From a virus, in the IMG/VR virus record IMGVR_UViG_3300036818_000070, positions 1 through 64,000 of that record: DNA of 64,000 nucleotides, one strand, 5' to 3'. A model generated the notes under the pieces. It saw only the letters and a program-made list of their open reading frames with translations, made no database searches and was not told the DNA's origin. Every line of letters starts with the position of its first letter. The stretch's first letter is position 1. Below are positions 8,628-17,704 of the stretch, piece after piece. The translations under genes and the position numbers were made by a program.

Positions 8628-9581
8628 ATGGCAGACCCAACTGAAGACCCATTTGCGGGCGGCGTCGAGATCAGCGACGGTTCAGACCCGTTCGCAGGCG
8701 ACGAGTTCGCAGGCTTCGAGGACATCAACAAGCCGGTCGCGGCAGAGCCCGAGGCGGCAGTCGCCGACGCGGCGGCCGACGACCTGCCAAGCGCTGACGC
8801 TCCAGCAGCGGAGACAACCGCCGATCTTCCGGTGGTCGATAAGGAGGGCAACGCAGTAGACCCGGCGCTGGCTGCGGAGCGCGAGGCGAAGCTCGCCGAG
8901 ACGGCCAAGTTGACCCCGGAGGAGGCGGCCAAGCAGTCGATGGACAACCTCCGCGAGATGCGCGAAGCGGAGGAGCAGCAGGCCCGCCTGCGCGAGGTCG
9001 CCCAGCGCGAGGCTGCCGAGACCGTCCAGCAGGCGACAGCAGCGGCAGCGGCCGAGCTGGCGGCATCACTACGGCCAGATAGCCCGCAGGACGAGGGCTA
9101 TCCGACAGGGGACGCACCCGCAGCCATGGAACCTACACCCCCGGCGTCGGACTCGGGTGGGGAGAGTGGCTCGGCTACTGAACCCGCTCCGCCAGCGCCG
9201 AAGCCGACCGCAAAGGTCGGCGAGCCTGCGCCCGAGCCTGAGCCGGAAGACGCGCCGCCGCCGGAGGAGAAGAAGGACAAGAACGACAAGGTCACGATGC
9301 GGCGCTATTACATCATGCGCGTCGCGGGGCCAGGCAAGTTCGAGCAGGTGTTCTGGTACGAGCTTGACGGCAAGATGGTGAGCAAGGGCACGCCTGGCTG
9401 CAAGCGCCAGACCGTGTGCCTGTCGCGCGGCGCCGAGGGGGCGCTCAAGGTCGGCTTCGCCGCACTCGGCGCGCCACAGGACGGCGTGAAGCTCGTCGCT
9501 GTCGCGGCGCTGCACTTCCAGCCGAAGACCATTCGTCCCGCTCCGGTGGTGCCACAGCGGGTGCGGCTGGAGATCAGCTAG
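8628..9581 (+). CDS. acidic, Pro/Ala-rich hypothetical protein
   Basis: 317 aa, SD GAGG. Confidence 0.7.
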   Translation: MADPTEDPFAGGVEISDGSDPFAGDEFAGFEDINKPVAAEPEAAVADAAADDLPSADAPAAETTADLPVVDKEGNAVDPALAAEREAKLAETAKLTPEEAAKQSMDNLREMREAEEQQARLREVAQREAAETVQQATAAAAAELAASLRPDSPQDEGYPTGDAPAAMEPTPPASDSGGESGSATEPAPPAPKPTAKVGEPAPEPEPEDAPPPEEKKDKNDKVTMRRYYIMRVAGPGKFEQVFWYELDGKMVSKGTPGCKRQTVCLSRGAEGALKVGFAALGAPQDGVKLVAVAALHFQPKTIRPAPVVPQRVRLEIS

Positions 9582-9670
9582 CCCTACTCGGGAGTGGCGC
9601 GCGGTCCTTGCGCGCACCGCGCGCCGCGTGTGCGGACCTTACGAATGGACTCAAGTCGGCTGGAGAGCTA

Positions 9671-10174
9671 ATGACGGACGAGCAGGGAGCACAACAACAG
9701 CAGAAAAAGCCAGCGTCGAAAGATATGACGCTGCGTATCCAGGCTTGCCGCCAGGTTTACGCGGGCGTCAATCCGCGTGGGGATCGCTACACCATCTTCG
9801 AGGTCGATGCCGTCACGCAAAGCGGCGTCGAGATCAGGGAGCCGGACGGCACCAGCGCGAAGCTGCGCGCGTTCGAGCCATTGCCGGTGGGGCAGCTCGT
9901 GGAGGTGACAGTGTCGGTCTTCCATTCTGAGCGCCACGGCAAGAGCTACACGCTGTCGCGGCGCGGGCACGGCGGCGGCCCGACGACATCTGAACAGGTG
10001 GCGAACCTGGCCGAGAAGGTCAAGGAGCTTGAGGGCAAGGTGGGCAGCTTGACGAACGTGGTGCGCGGGCTCCTCGACGCCCAGCAGCACGCGCCCACCG
10101 ATGCTCAGCTCGAAGCCGCCACCCAGTCGGTGACGTTCGAGGACGCGCCACCGAGCGACGGGCTGAACTGGTGA
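9671..10174 (+). CDS. possible OB-fold ssDNA-binding protein
   Basis: Beta-rich N-domain, acidic tail ending in W, position in replication module. Confidence 0.4.
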   Translation: MTDEQGAQQQQKKPASKDMTLRIQACRQVYAGVNPRGDRYTIFEVDAVTQSGVEIREPDGTSAKLRAFEPLPVGQLVEVTVSVFHSERHGKSYTLSRRGHGGGPTTSEQVANLAEKVKELEGKVGSLTNVVRGLLDAQQHAPTDAQLEAATQSVTFEDAPPSDGLNW

Positions 10175-10220
10175 CTTTCGAGCAGATTGGAGTTTCGTGG
10201 TTGTGGTAAGTTCCGACACA

Positions 10221-10787
10221 ATGGCGTCTGGCGGACGGCTTACGGTTGATGTGTCGGTGACACTCGCCTCCTTCGAGGGGCTCATCTTCCGCACGTCGCA
10301 GATGTACGCGGCACAGGTCAAGAAGGACCCGGACGACCTCGCGCAGGAGCTGCGCATCAAGACGTGGAAGGCTCTTGGTCGCTATAGCCCGGCGCGCTCG
10401 AAGATGCCCGTGGAGCGGTACGTGTTCATGGTCATCACCAACAAGATCAAGGACTACAAACGCGATGCAGCTCGCGCCGCCCAGCGGCCGACAGTGCTCT
10501 ACATCGAGGACATGCGCCAGGCCAATCCAGGCCAGGGTGACGAGCGCCCGACGCAGGAGCGCTTCGATGGACTGTTCAACCACATCGAGCGGGACGTCGT
10601 GTACTCCGGCGTCGATAATCGCTACCAGCTACCGCCAACTGTGACGGAGCCTGAGCGCAAGGTGCTCATGCTGCTAGTTGCGGGCTGCACACGACCCGAG
10701 ATAGTTGCACTGCTTGGCGTCAGACGCAGCAGCGTGGATGGTGCGGTGCGTGCGCTCAGGGAGAAGCTGGAGCCACTGCGGTCCTAG
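10221..10787 (+). CDS. sigma-70 family (ECF-like) RNA polymerase sigma factor
   Basis: Region 2 DDLAQELRIKTWKALGRY...ITNKIKDYKR; region 4 EIVALLGVRRSSV. Confidence 0.8.
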   Translation: MASGGRLTVDVSVTLASFEGLIFRTSQMYAAQVKKDPDDLAQELRIKTWKALGRYSPARSKMPVERYVFMVITNKIKDYKRDAARAAQRPTVLYIEDMRQANPGQGDERPTQERFDGLFNHIERDVVYSGVDNRYQLPPTVTEPERKVLMLLVAGCTRPEIVALLGVRRSSVDGAVRALREKLEPLRS

Positions 10788-11155
10788 CGGAAGAACTTCG
10801 TGTGCACGCGCTCACCGTCTCCGGTGATCTCCTGCTGGATCAGGCCGTCCTCAAACAGGAACTGGAGCGTCGTGCCGACACGCTTGCGTGCGTGACGGTG
10901 CGAGATCGTGAAGGCGGTGTCCGGCGGCAGCCCGTTCATCGCCAGGTAGATGGCCGACGCTGAGCGCGGCTCGTCCGTGACGGCGGCCAGCACGGTCTCG
11001 CGACTGATCTCGACAGCGTGCTGGTGGTCGGGACGATCGCAGCAGCTCGGCGGGCACACAACCCAGCCGACGCGCTTGCCCCCCTCGTCGGCGTCACAAC
11101 CACAGTCGTCGCCGATGGCGGCGGCGAACTCCTCGAACGAGTCGAAGTGGATCAC
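10784..11155 (-). CDS. hypothetical protein, possible winged helix
   Basis: Overlaps recombinase stop; C-terminal wHTH-like pattern. Confidence 0.55.
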   Translation of the reverse strand: MIHFDSFEEFAAAIGDDCGCDADEGGKRVGWVVCPPSCCDRPDHQHAVEISRETVLAAVTDEPRSASAIYLAMNGLPPDTAFTISHRHARKRVGTTLQFLFEDGLIQQEITGDGERVHTKFFR

Positions 11156-12177
11156 GCTACCGCCCCGAGCCCAAGCCGACTGTTGAACTGCTCCTCGGCA
11201 TCGAGCACGGCCTGCTCGACGTCCTGCTCGGCGATCTTCGCGTAGGCGAGGGTCTGTTCGATGCTGGCGTGGCCCATCATCACGCGCAGTTTCTCAATCG
11301 GCATGCCTGCGCGCAACCACTCGGTCGCCGCGGTGTGCCGGAGTCGGTGCCATTCCCATTCGCCGTCGAGCGGCTGGAGCGCGCGGGCGAACGCCGCGAG
11401 CGTCTGCGGCGCGATCTGCGCGGCCTTGTTGCCGTTCATGTTCAGCATCAGCCAGGGCCGGTCATGCTCGACGCCGATGATGTAGCGGAAGTCGAGCCAC
11501 TCACCGATCGCGCGGCGCGCGTGCGACGTGAACGGCACCGTGCGGTTGACCTCGGCGCCCGGCCCCTGCTTCGCGGTGCGCACGACGACGTGAGCGTTGT
11601 CGGGGTGGATGCTGTCGAGCTGAATGTGGACGATCTCAGTGCGCCGAAGTCCCAGCTCGACGGCGAGCGCGATCTGCGCCTCAAGCTGTAGGCGTTTGGC
11701 CTGGCGCCGGAGCGCGTGCCGGAGGTAGGGGACCTTGCCCTTGGTGAACAGTCGCATCTCGTGCGAGTAGCGCCCGTAGTGTGGGGCCATCGGGTAGCGC
11801 TGGGCGACCGCGATTCGCAGTGCGGCCACTTCGGCTGGCTTGTACGGCTTCGGCGCGCTCCGCGCGGCGCTTCCGCGGGGATTACGGACCAACTGTCGTT
11901 GGCCGGTGACGGTCATCACGTCGGCGCTCTCGGCCCACCGAAGGAATGAGCGAATCAGGCCAGCATGGAAACGGCCGGTGTTCGGGTGCAGGCCGTCGGC
12001 CAACTCGGCACCGATGAATCCATTGACCTCGGCGGCAGTCAGCTCGGTGAAGGGATGGTCGAGGCTGGCGGCGAGCTTGCGTAGCAGGGAGAACTGTGCG
12101 CGCCGCCGTGCGTCGCTGACGCTGTTCAGTTCGAGGTACTCGCGCTCAAAGCGCTGGAGAAGAGTGTCGAGGTCCAT
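11152..12177 (-). CDS. tyrosine recombinase/integrase
   Basis: GLRRTEI (R), TAK (K), HRLRH, MGH, TLAY catalytic set. Confidence 0.92.
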   Translation of the reverse strand: MDLDTLLQRFEREYLELNSVSDARRRAQFSLLRKLAASLDHPFTELTAAEVNGFIGAELADGLHPNTGRFHAGLIRSFLRWAESADVMTVTGQRQLVRNPRGSAARSAPKPYKPAEVAALRIAVAQRYPMAPHYGRYSHEMRLFTKGKVPYLRHALRRQAKRLQLEAQIALAVELGLRRTEIVHIQLDSIHPDNAHVVVRTAKQGPGAEVNRTVPFTSHARRAIGEWLDFRYIIGVEHDRPWLMLNMNGNKAAQIAPQTLAAFARALQPLDGEWEWHRLRHTAATEWLRAGMPIEKLRVMMGHASIEQTLAYAKIAEQDVEQAVLDAEEQFNSRLGLGAVA

Positions 12178-12277
12178 AGTGAAGCTCCGTCAGTTTTTCG
12201 GTTGCGAGGGGTTATTCGCTCGCGGAGTGAAAAAGCACGGACGGCCGCATAACCCAGCCAGCCGCCCGTGCAGAGTT

Positions 12278-12364
12278 CTACCAGCGCCGCGGCGTTCCGC
12301 TGAGCACGAGCCCAATGAGGAACGCCAGTAGCGCGATGATCGCGATGATCGCCCAGAGAGGCAT
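12278..12364 (-). CDS. 28-aa single-TM peptide MPLWAIIAIIALLAFLIGLVLSGTPRRW
   Basis: AGGAGTCTGGC directly before ATG; translated by hand. Confidence 0.6.
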   Translation of the reverse strand: MPLWAIIAIIALLAFLIGLVLSGTPRRW

Positions 12365-12423
12365 GCCAGACTCCTGTCCCGGTTGGGGATGGTTCGTCTG
12401 GCACTACCCCGCACGGCGATCAC

Positions 12424-12996
12424 CTACGCGGCCGGTTCCTGGGCGGCCGTCGCGTCCGGCTTGGCGGCAGCGGGCTTCGCCGCGCTCTTGCTGGCGGCCT
12501 TGCGTCGAGCGCTTGCGCGCTTCGCGGGCGCCTTCGGCGCGGGCGTCAGCGCCGGGCGCCGGAATAGCTCCTCAGCCTTGTCCAGCGACTTCAGCTCGTC
12601 CTGGTGGCGCTTGTTGACGGCCGTCGAGTGCTCCCTGGCGCCGACCAGTGCGCGCTCGGCGTCCAGCACGGACTTCTCGGCCGCCTTCAGCTCGTGCTCG
12701 ATGACTTCCTTGCGGGCGCGGATCGCCTGGAGCGGGGTGGCGATCCGCACCTGCTGCTCGGGTACTAGGACGGGCTTCGGCGTTCCGGTGTTGCGCGAGC
12801 GGCTGTTGCGTGAACGGCTGACCGTCCGCGGCTTACTGCCGACCTTGTGACCGTTGTTCCGCATGCGGCGGATGTGCTGGTACACGGCGTTCTCGGTGAT
12901 GCCGAGCGCCGTGGCAATCTCACCGGGCGTCTTGTTGTCGTCCAGTAGCGCCTTGATCTCCTGCTGGCGCTCTGTCAGTTCAGCGGTTGCTGACAT
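12424..12996 (-). CDS. HTH DNA-binding regulator with coiled coil and histone-H1-like Lys/Ala tail
   Basis: LTERQQEI...EIATALGITENAVYQHI; PAKRASARRKAASKSAAK; SD GAGGAGG. Confidence 0.75.
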   Translation of the reverse strand: MSATAELTERQQEIKALLDDNKTPGEIATALGITENAVYQHIRRMRNNGHKVGSKPRTVSRSRNSRSRNTGTPKPVLVPEQQVRIATPLQAIRARKEVIEHELKAAEKSVLDAERALVGAREHSTAVNKRHQDELKSLDKAEELFRRPALTPAPKAPAKRASARRKAASKSAAKPAAAKPDATAAQEPAA

Positions 12997-13141
12997 GTGC
13001 TGGTCCTCCTCGTTGGTTTGATGTTGCACACTACTACAGGGAAGCGGCGCTGGGGGTTATTCCGCGAGCGCCTCCTCGGCCTGCTTTACGGTCAGACCGT
13101 AGTTGTCCACTAGCGCCGACACCTGCTCGGCATGTGGGTAC

Positions 13142-13561
13142 TCAAGCTGCCGCAGGAACTGGATCGCCAGCGTCATTGGCATGGGCTTCTACCTCCTCTC
13201 GGGCAGCGGCAGCGGCTTCTTCGGCCGCCAGGTGGACGCGCAACGCTTCACGCTCGGCCTTCTCGAACTTGAGCGCGGCGTCGGCAAGCTGGTAACTGAA
13301 GGGCTCCAGGACTTGGAGCTGGGTGCGTGCTCCGAACTGTGCGGTGACAGCTTCGGACTGTGGCTCACGCGGGATCATCCACGACCCCGAGCGGCGATGC
13401 ACGTAGATGGGCTCGCTGCCACTGACCGTTACCTGCGCCTGCAAGTAACCCTCACGATGACGGCCGAACCGCAAGATCTGGAACTGCTGTGCCGCGCGGT
13501 CCCAGCGCAGCGCTTCATTGACCGCCCGGTTGACCTCCGAGACGGCTCGACTTGTACTCAT
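13142..13561 (-). CDS. hypothetical protein
   Basis: GGAGTCTGGCGA-ATG start. Confidence 0.7.
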   Translation of the reverse strand: MSTSRAVSEVNRAVNEALRWDRAAQQFQILRFGRHREGYLQAQVTVSGSEPIYVHRRSGSWMIPREPQSEAVTAQFGARTQLQVLEPFSYQLADAALKFEKAEREALRVHLAAEEAAAAAREEVEAHANDAGDPVPAAA

Positions 13562-13735
13562 TCGCCAGACTCCCTTGTTCGATGTTGATGCCGTTCGTGG
13601 ACTCGCCACACCCCCGGCATCGAGGGCAATGAATGCGCAGGCTCGGCTCCCCGATCGTGCCGAGCCCACAACACCTTGGACAGACGACGATCGCCACTCC
13701 GGCGAGCGCGCGACGAAGCAGTAGCTCGCCGCGCG

Positions 13736-13945
13736 TCATCGCAGAATCACGACCCAGACCAGAAACGCGCCGATCGCGGCGCAGCAGATCTCCTTGCCCT
13801 CCTTCTTGACCTTCGCGTCCGAGCGTGTCGCCAGGACGACGCCGAGCACAAGCCCGATGAACGGGATCACGAGTGCGGTTACCCAGCCCGCGACGATGAG
13901 GCCCTTGTCCGACCGCTCCTGCTCAGTTGTGACGCTGCTCTCCAT
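13736..13945 (-). CDS. small two-TM membrane protein
   Basis: Hydrophobic segments, SD GGAGG. Confidence 0.6.
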   Translation of the reverse strand: MESSVTTEQERSDKGLIVAGWVTALVIPFIGLVLGVVLATRSDAKVKKEGKEICCAAIGAFLVWVVILR

Positions 13946-14420
13946 GAGAACCCTCCGTGGTAGTGGCTGACGTCCCTGTATCGGCACCCCCGCGCCGACC
14001 CCATAACTCTCGCCGCTCGGCTCGACGTACGAGCTTTCCGATCGTCCGTTGCGCTTCCGCGCCGGGCTCCGTGACCTCGGCGATGCCGTGGGCTGCGGCC
14101 TCGGCACCCGATGACCACAGCGGGATGGGCGAGACGTAGTCGAGCGCCTTCTCGACCTCCTCACCGGCAAGTAGGCCGGACATCGCTGCCATGCGCAGCC
14201 CCAGCGACTGGTCCATGTCGTGACAACCGACCCAACCGGCGCACAGGTGACCGTTTTGCTGGTGACAGAAGAATGCTGCCGGAGGCTGAGCGAATGTCTC
14301 GCGATCGAACGGCGGCAGCTTGGCGTACTCGCTGGCATGCCAGACGCCGCTGGGAACATCACGACGGTATGGACATGACGCACACGGATACGGCGCCGGT
14401 CCCTTCACCGCATCGCTCAT
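13923..14420 (-). CDS. DUF6283-like Cys-rich protein
   Basis: PCASCPYRRDVPSGVW..EY.KL; CH...CAGW. Confidence 0.6.
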   Translation of the reverse strand: MSDAVKGPAPYPCASCPYRRDVPSGVWHASEYAKLPPFDRETFAQPPAAFFCHQQNGHLCAGWVGCHDMDQSLGLRMAAMSGLLAGEEVEKALDYVSPIPLWSSGAEAAAHGIAEVTEPGAEAQRTIGKLVRRAERRELWGRRGGADTGTSATTTEGSHGEQRHN

Positions 14421-15034
14421 GGCGCCGTCCTGTTCGGGTCGTATGTGCGCGTCAGCACCGGGTAGTTGTCGAGCAGTCCGATCTCGTCGGGATGCCACCT
14501 GCCGCGCAGGTCGGCCAGCTCAGCCGGGAGCCGCTCCAAGATCACGCCGCCATCGGTGAGTTCCGCGTGCGCGACGACATACTCGGCGGTAAAGGTGACG
14601 CCGTAGTAGGCCCAGTGGGGATAGTCGAGCACCGGCAGCTCGGGTACGCCTGGTGTGCCGATGCCGGGGCTGTAGCGTGTCTCAACGACGCCGTCGTCGG
14701 GCCCGATACACCATGCGTGCAGCCACGGCGTGCCGCGCCCGAGCGTGCAATAGCCCTGACAGTACGTGAGAGATGGATCGGAGATCGCCGCCACGGAGGC
14801 ATTCTCGAAGCACTGACCCTCCGGGCTGAAGAACTGCTGATAGCCGTCCGGCGTCGGGCGACCCACCCGCAGCTTGCCGTGCTTCAGCACAAGGTCGGCG
14901 CTGCCGCGATAGAGCGGCGGGACCTGCGCTGACGCTGGCCTCCACAGCTCACGCTGCAACTCAAGATCACGCGTAAGCGCCTGTCCGGCGCGATCTTCCG
15001 GCGTGCCAAGGTCGAGGCCACCGAGGAAGCTCAT
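14417..15034 (-). CDS. hypothetical protein, possible Cys-His (transglutaminase-like) fold
   Basis: QCFENA...YCQGY...HAWC. Confidence 0.5.
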   Translation of the reverse strand: MSFLGGLDLGTPEDRAGQALTRDLELQRELWRPASAQVPPLYRGSADLVLKHGKLRVGRPTPDGYQQFFSPEGQCFENASVAAISDPSLTYCQGYCTLGRGTPWLHAWCIGPDDGVVETRYSPGIGTPGVPELPVLDYPHWAYYGVTFTAEYVVAHAELTDGGVILERLPAELADLRGRWHPDEIGLLDNYPVLTRTYDPNRTAP

Positions 15035-15603
15035 TGTTCCGCATCAATTCCGCGGGGAGCGTTCAGCTCCTCGCTCTCGACGTCGAGCGCACGGTCGCTA
15101 TCGGGGGACGTTGATTGATAGACCGGGCCGGTCGAGATTCCCGCCTGCCACGGACGCTGCCGCGCTTTCGACAGCCGGTCGGGGTCGTAACCGAGGCCGA
15201 CCGCAAGGTTCATCATGTCGCCCTGCTCGCCGACCATCCGCTCGCGGTAGCCGACCTCCAGTTGAATGCCAGCGCCCACCACCCAGAGGTGGGTCTGGTT
15301 GGCTGAGTCCACCAGACGACTCTCGGCCGGGAACAGCTCGATCGCCTCGCGCTCGGCGCCAGCGACCTCATTCTTGATCGCCTGCTTGTGGCGCCAGTCA
15401 TAGACCGGCTCGCGGTCAAGCCGTTTGATGGACAGGTGCAGCGGCCCGTTGCGAGGGCTCTGCCGTGCGCCCTCGATATAGCGCACGAAAACCTCGTACT
15501 CGTCATTGCGCCAGACCTCATCGACACGCTCCCGGCTGTCAAGGACACTGAGATGCTCAGGCACCTCATAGGCTTGTAGTGGTTGCCAGACTCCTGTTGT
15601 CAT
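15031..15603 (-). CDS. conserved phage hypothetical protein
   Basis: HLSIKR.D...WR..Q.IKN...E.FP.ES.LVD.AN..HLW motif. Confidence 0.65.
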   Translation of the reverse strand: MTTGVWQPLQAYEVPEHLSVLDSRERVDEVWRNDEYEVFVRYIEGARQSPRNGPLHLSIKRLDREPVYDWRHKQAIKNEVAGAEREAIELFPAESRLVDSANQTHLWVVGAGIQLEVGYRERMVGEQGDMMNLAVGLGYDPDRLSKARQRPWQAGISTGPVYQSTSPDSDRALDVESEELNAPRGIDAEQ

Positions 15604-15609
15604 GTGACG

Positions 15610-16230
15610 CTATTTCCATCCCTTCGACCAGTTGTATTGCGCAATGCCCTGCACGATGGCCCAGCAGCACCAGAGGTACTGCCAGTCCCACTCGTTGAAG
15701 TCGAAGTCCCAGGGCTCGTAGATTTGAATGTTGCCGTGCTTGAAGTCGCGGAGACGCTCAATGGCCTCGTGTGCCGAGTCGGGCGCCCCCCAGCTAAATA
15801 CCTGATCTTCGAGCGCCTGATGCAGCGAGCCAGCCTCGTCCGGCTCGTACTCTGACTGCTGCATGTACCACTCCAGCACGCGCGGCTTGAATCGGTCACG
15901 GCTATAGCGGCGGGTGCCGTCTCGCTCATCCGGGTTGACGAGCTTGCCGCTCCAGTAGTCGGGACTGATGCGGACCTCGCCACTGCTGAACCAGTTGAAC
16001 ATGTCCCACGTGCGAGCGAAGGTGTACGCGCCACAGTCGCCGCTGATCGCGAGATGGCCCGGCCATGTCACAAGGTCATAGCCGTAGGCCCACGCGCCTA
16101 GCTCTGAAAAGCGCAGGTGGCGGTAGACACCGTGGTCATGGAGCACGCGCATGCGGTGGTTGGCCGTCTCCTGCTCGAAGCGCTCCTGGATGTGCGCCTC
16201 TTGCCCAAGGTCGGTAGTCAACATCGGCAT
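15610..16230 (-). CDS. conserved phage hypothetical protein
   Basis: YRHLRF...DLVTWPGHL.ISGD.G; SD AGGAG. Confidence 0.7.
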   Translation of the reverse strand: MPMLTTDLGQEAHIQERFEQETANHRMRVLHDHGVYRHLRFSELGAWAYGYDLVTWPGHLAISGDCGAYTFARTWDMFNWFSSGEVRISPDYWSGKLVNPDERDGTRRYSRDRFKPRVLEWYMQQSEYEPDEAGSLHQALEDQVFSWGAPDSAHEAIERLRDFKHGNIQIYEPWDFDFNEWDWQYLWCCWAIVQGIAQYNWSKGWK

Positions 16231-16241
16231 AAGCTCAGCTC

Positions 16242-16895
16242 CTAGTACGGACAGTTGCCGAGCAGGTCCTCGGCCTCCTGCATCGCAGAGTCCAGAAGGT
16301 CGGCGTTCTCAGCCTCCACGCGGGCGGTCTCGTCGCGCTCGTGGTCGGACCGGCGGCCCTCTAGGTCCTCCTCTAGCTCGGCGAGCTGGTCCTCGTCAAG
16401 CTCGGCCGAGTTGTCAACGCCGAACAGGTCCAGGCATAGCTCCGCGCGCTCGCCGCCCTCATCGAAGTCCTCGGGCTCGATCTCCTCCTCGGGCGAGAAG
16501 GACTCAAGCTCGGACTGCCAGCTCTCCAGTTCGTCGGCGCGCTCGGCGTTCTCGCCTTGGCCACCGAACGACTCGGCGGCCTCGCGGTACTCCTCAACGA
16601 CGGAGCTGACGCTCTCTGCGACCCGCTCGACGGCTTCCCGCACCTGCTCCACCATCTTGGCCTGCCCGATATCGTCCTCGGCCGCCTCGATCTCTGCGTA
16701 GACCTCGGACATCTTGCCCTGGGTCAGCTCTGAGCGCTTCGGGTAGTGGTCAGAGCACCGGAAGTGCGCGCCGCCGTAGCGGAACTCCCAGGTGAAGTAC
16801 TTCTCGCCGGGCTGGATGACATGGCCACAGCCGGACGCACCACAGCGGCGCTCTCGGCCAGCCTTGTTCTTGGTGTGGGTATGAACGCGGGGCAT
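16242..16895 (-). CDS. Zn-finger plus acidic coiled-coil protein
   Basis: CGASGC..C..H; very acidic C-half. Confidence 0.7.
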   Translation of the reverse strand: MPRVHTHTKNKAGRERRCGASGCGHVIQPGEKYFTWEFRYGGAHFRCSDHYPKRSELTQGKMSEVYAEIEAAEDDIGQAKMVEQVREAVERVAESVSSVVEEYREAAESFGGQGENAERADELESWQSELESFSPEEEIEPEDFDEGGERAELCLDLFGVDNSAELDEDQLAELEEDLEGRRSDHERDETARVEAENADLLDSAMQEAEDLLGNCPY

Positions 16896-16922
16896 TCGCC
16901 AGACTCCTCGTTGCTTCGGTGG

Positions 16923-17240
16923 TTAGGTAAGTTCGATCGGCTCCGGGGCGCCCTCGCGGTTCGCCCAGAAGTCGTCCTGCGCGCGTCGCACGGCCGCCAG
17001 CGCGGCCCTCAGCGATATGTCGTAGGTCTTGGCCATGCGCTTCGCGCTGCGTCGCGCCAGCCGGTCACGGTCGCCACGCTGGATCAGCGCATGACACGGC
17101 GGACACGCCGCCCAACCGCCAGCGCTACCCCAGTCGGGGATCTCCGATGGTGTCTTGATGATGAAGTCGCGCGCCGGGTATGCGTAGCGCACGTCCGGCG
17201 ACGAGCAGAAGTCACACTCTCCGTTCGGGTCCTTCTTCAT
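16923..17240 (-). CDS. zinc-binding hypothetical protein
   Basis: CDFC, CPPC. Confidence 0.65.
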   Translation of the reverse strand: MKKDPNGECDFCSSPDVRYAYPARDFIIKTPSEIPDWGSAGGWAACPPCHALIQRGDRDRLARRSAKRMAKTYDISLRAALAAVRRAQDDFWANREGAPEPIELT

Positions 17241-17704
17241 GCCGCAACCCTCCGGTTCGCCCACGGGTCAGGCTCCGGACGACGCCGACCACCCTCCCCG
17301 TCGTCCTGACTAGGCGGCCAACTCTGCGCGCTGTCCGCCTTCACGTACCAGACCCACACACCGGTCCAGCCCTCAATCGGCGTGGACGCTCCCGTCTCCT
17401 CGTCCACGACGTAGACGATGCTGCGACGAATGCCGAGTAGCTCGAAGCCATAGTCGGTGGGCACGACGACCACACGTTCGTGCGCGTGGATGTCGTTAGG
17501 CTTGACGAACCGTGCGTAGTGACCGCGATAGCGACGTTCGTAGGTGACGCAGCCAGCCTGCATCCAGCGGTGATCTGGCCCGTGGTCGGTCCTGTCGGCC
17601 AGGTGCTTGCCTTGGCGGTGCGTCGCGGCCAGGTAGTGACGCTGGAACCGTGAGAGTGACGCCCACCACTCGGGTGTGGCGCCGGGGCCGTAGGTGATCT
17701 TCAT
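17237..17704 (-). CDS. hypothetical protein
   Basis: ATGA overlap with ruvB stop. Confidence 0.55.
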   Translation of the reverse strand: MKITYGPGATPEWWASLSRFQRHYLAATHRQGKHLADRTDHGPDHRWMQAGCVTYERRYRGHYARFVKPNDIHAHERVVVVPTDYGFELLGIRRSIVYVVDEETGASTPIEGWTGVWVWYVKADSAQSWPPSQDDGEGGRRRPEPDPWANRRVAA

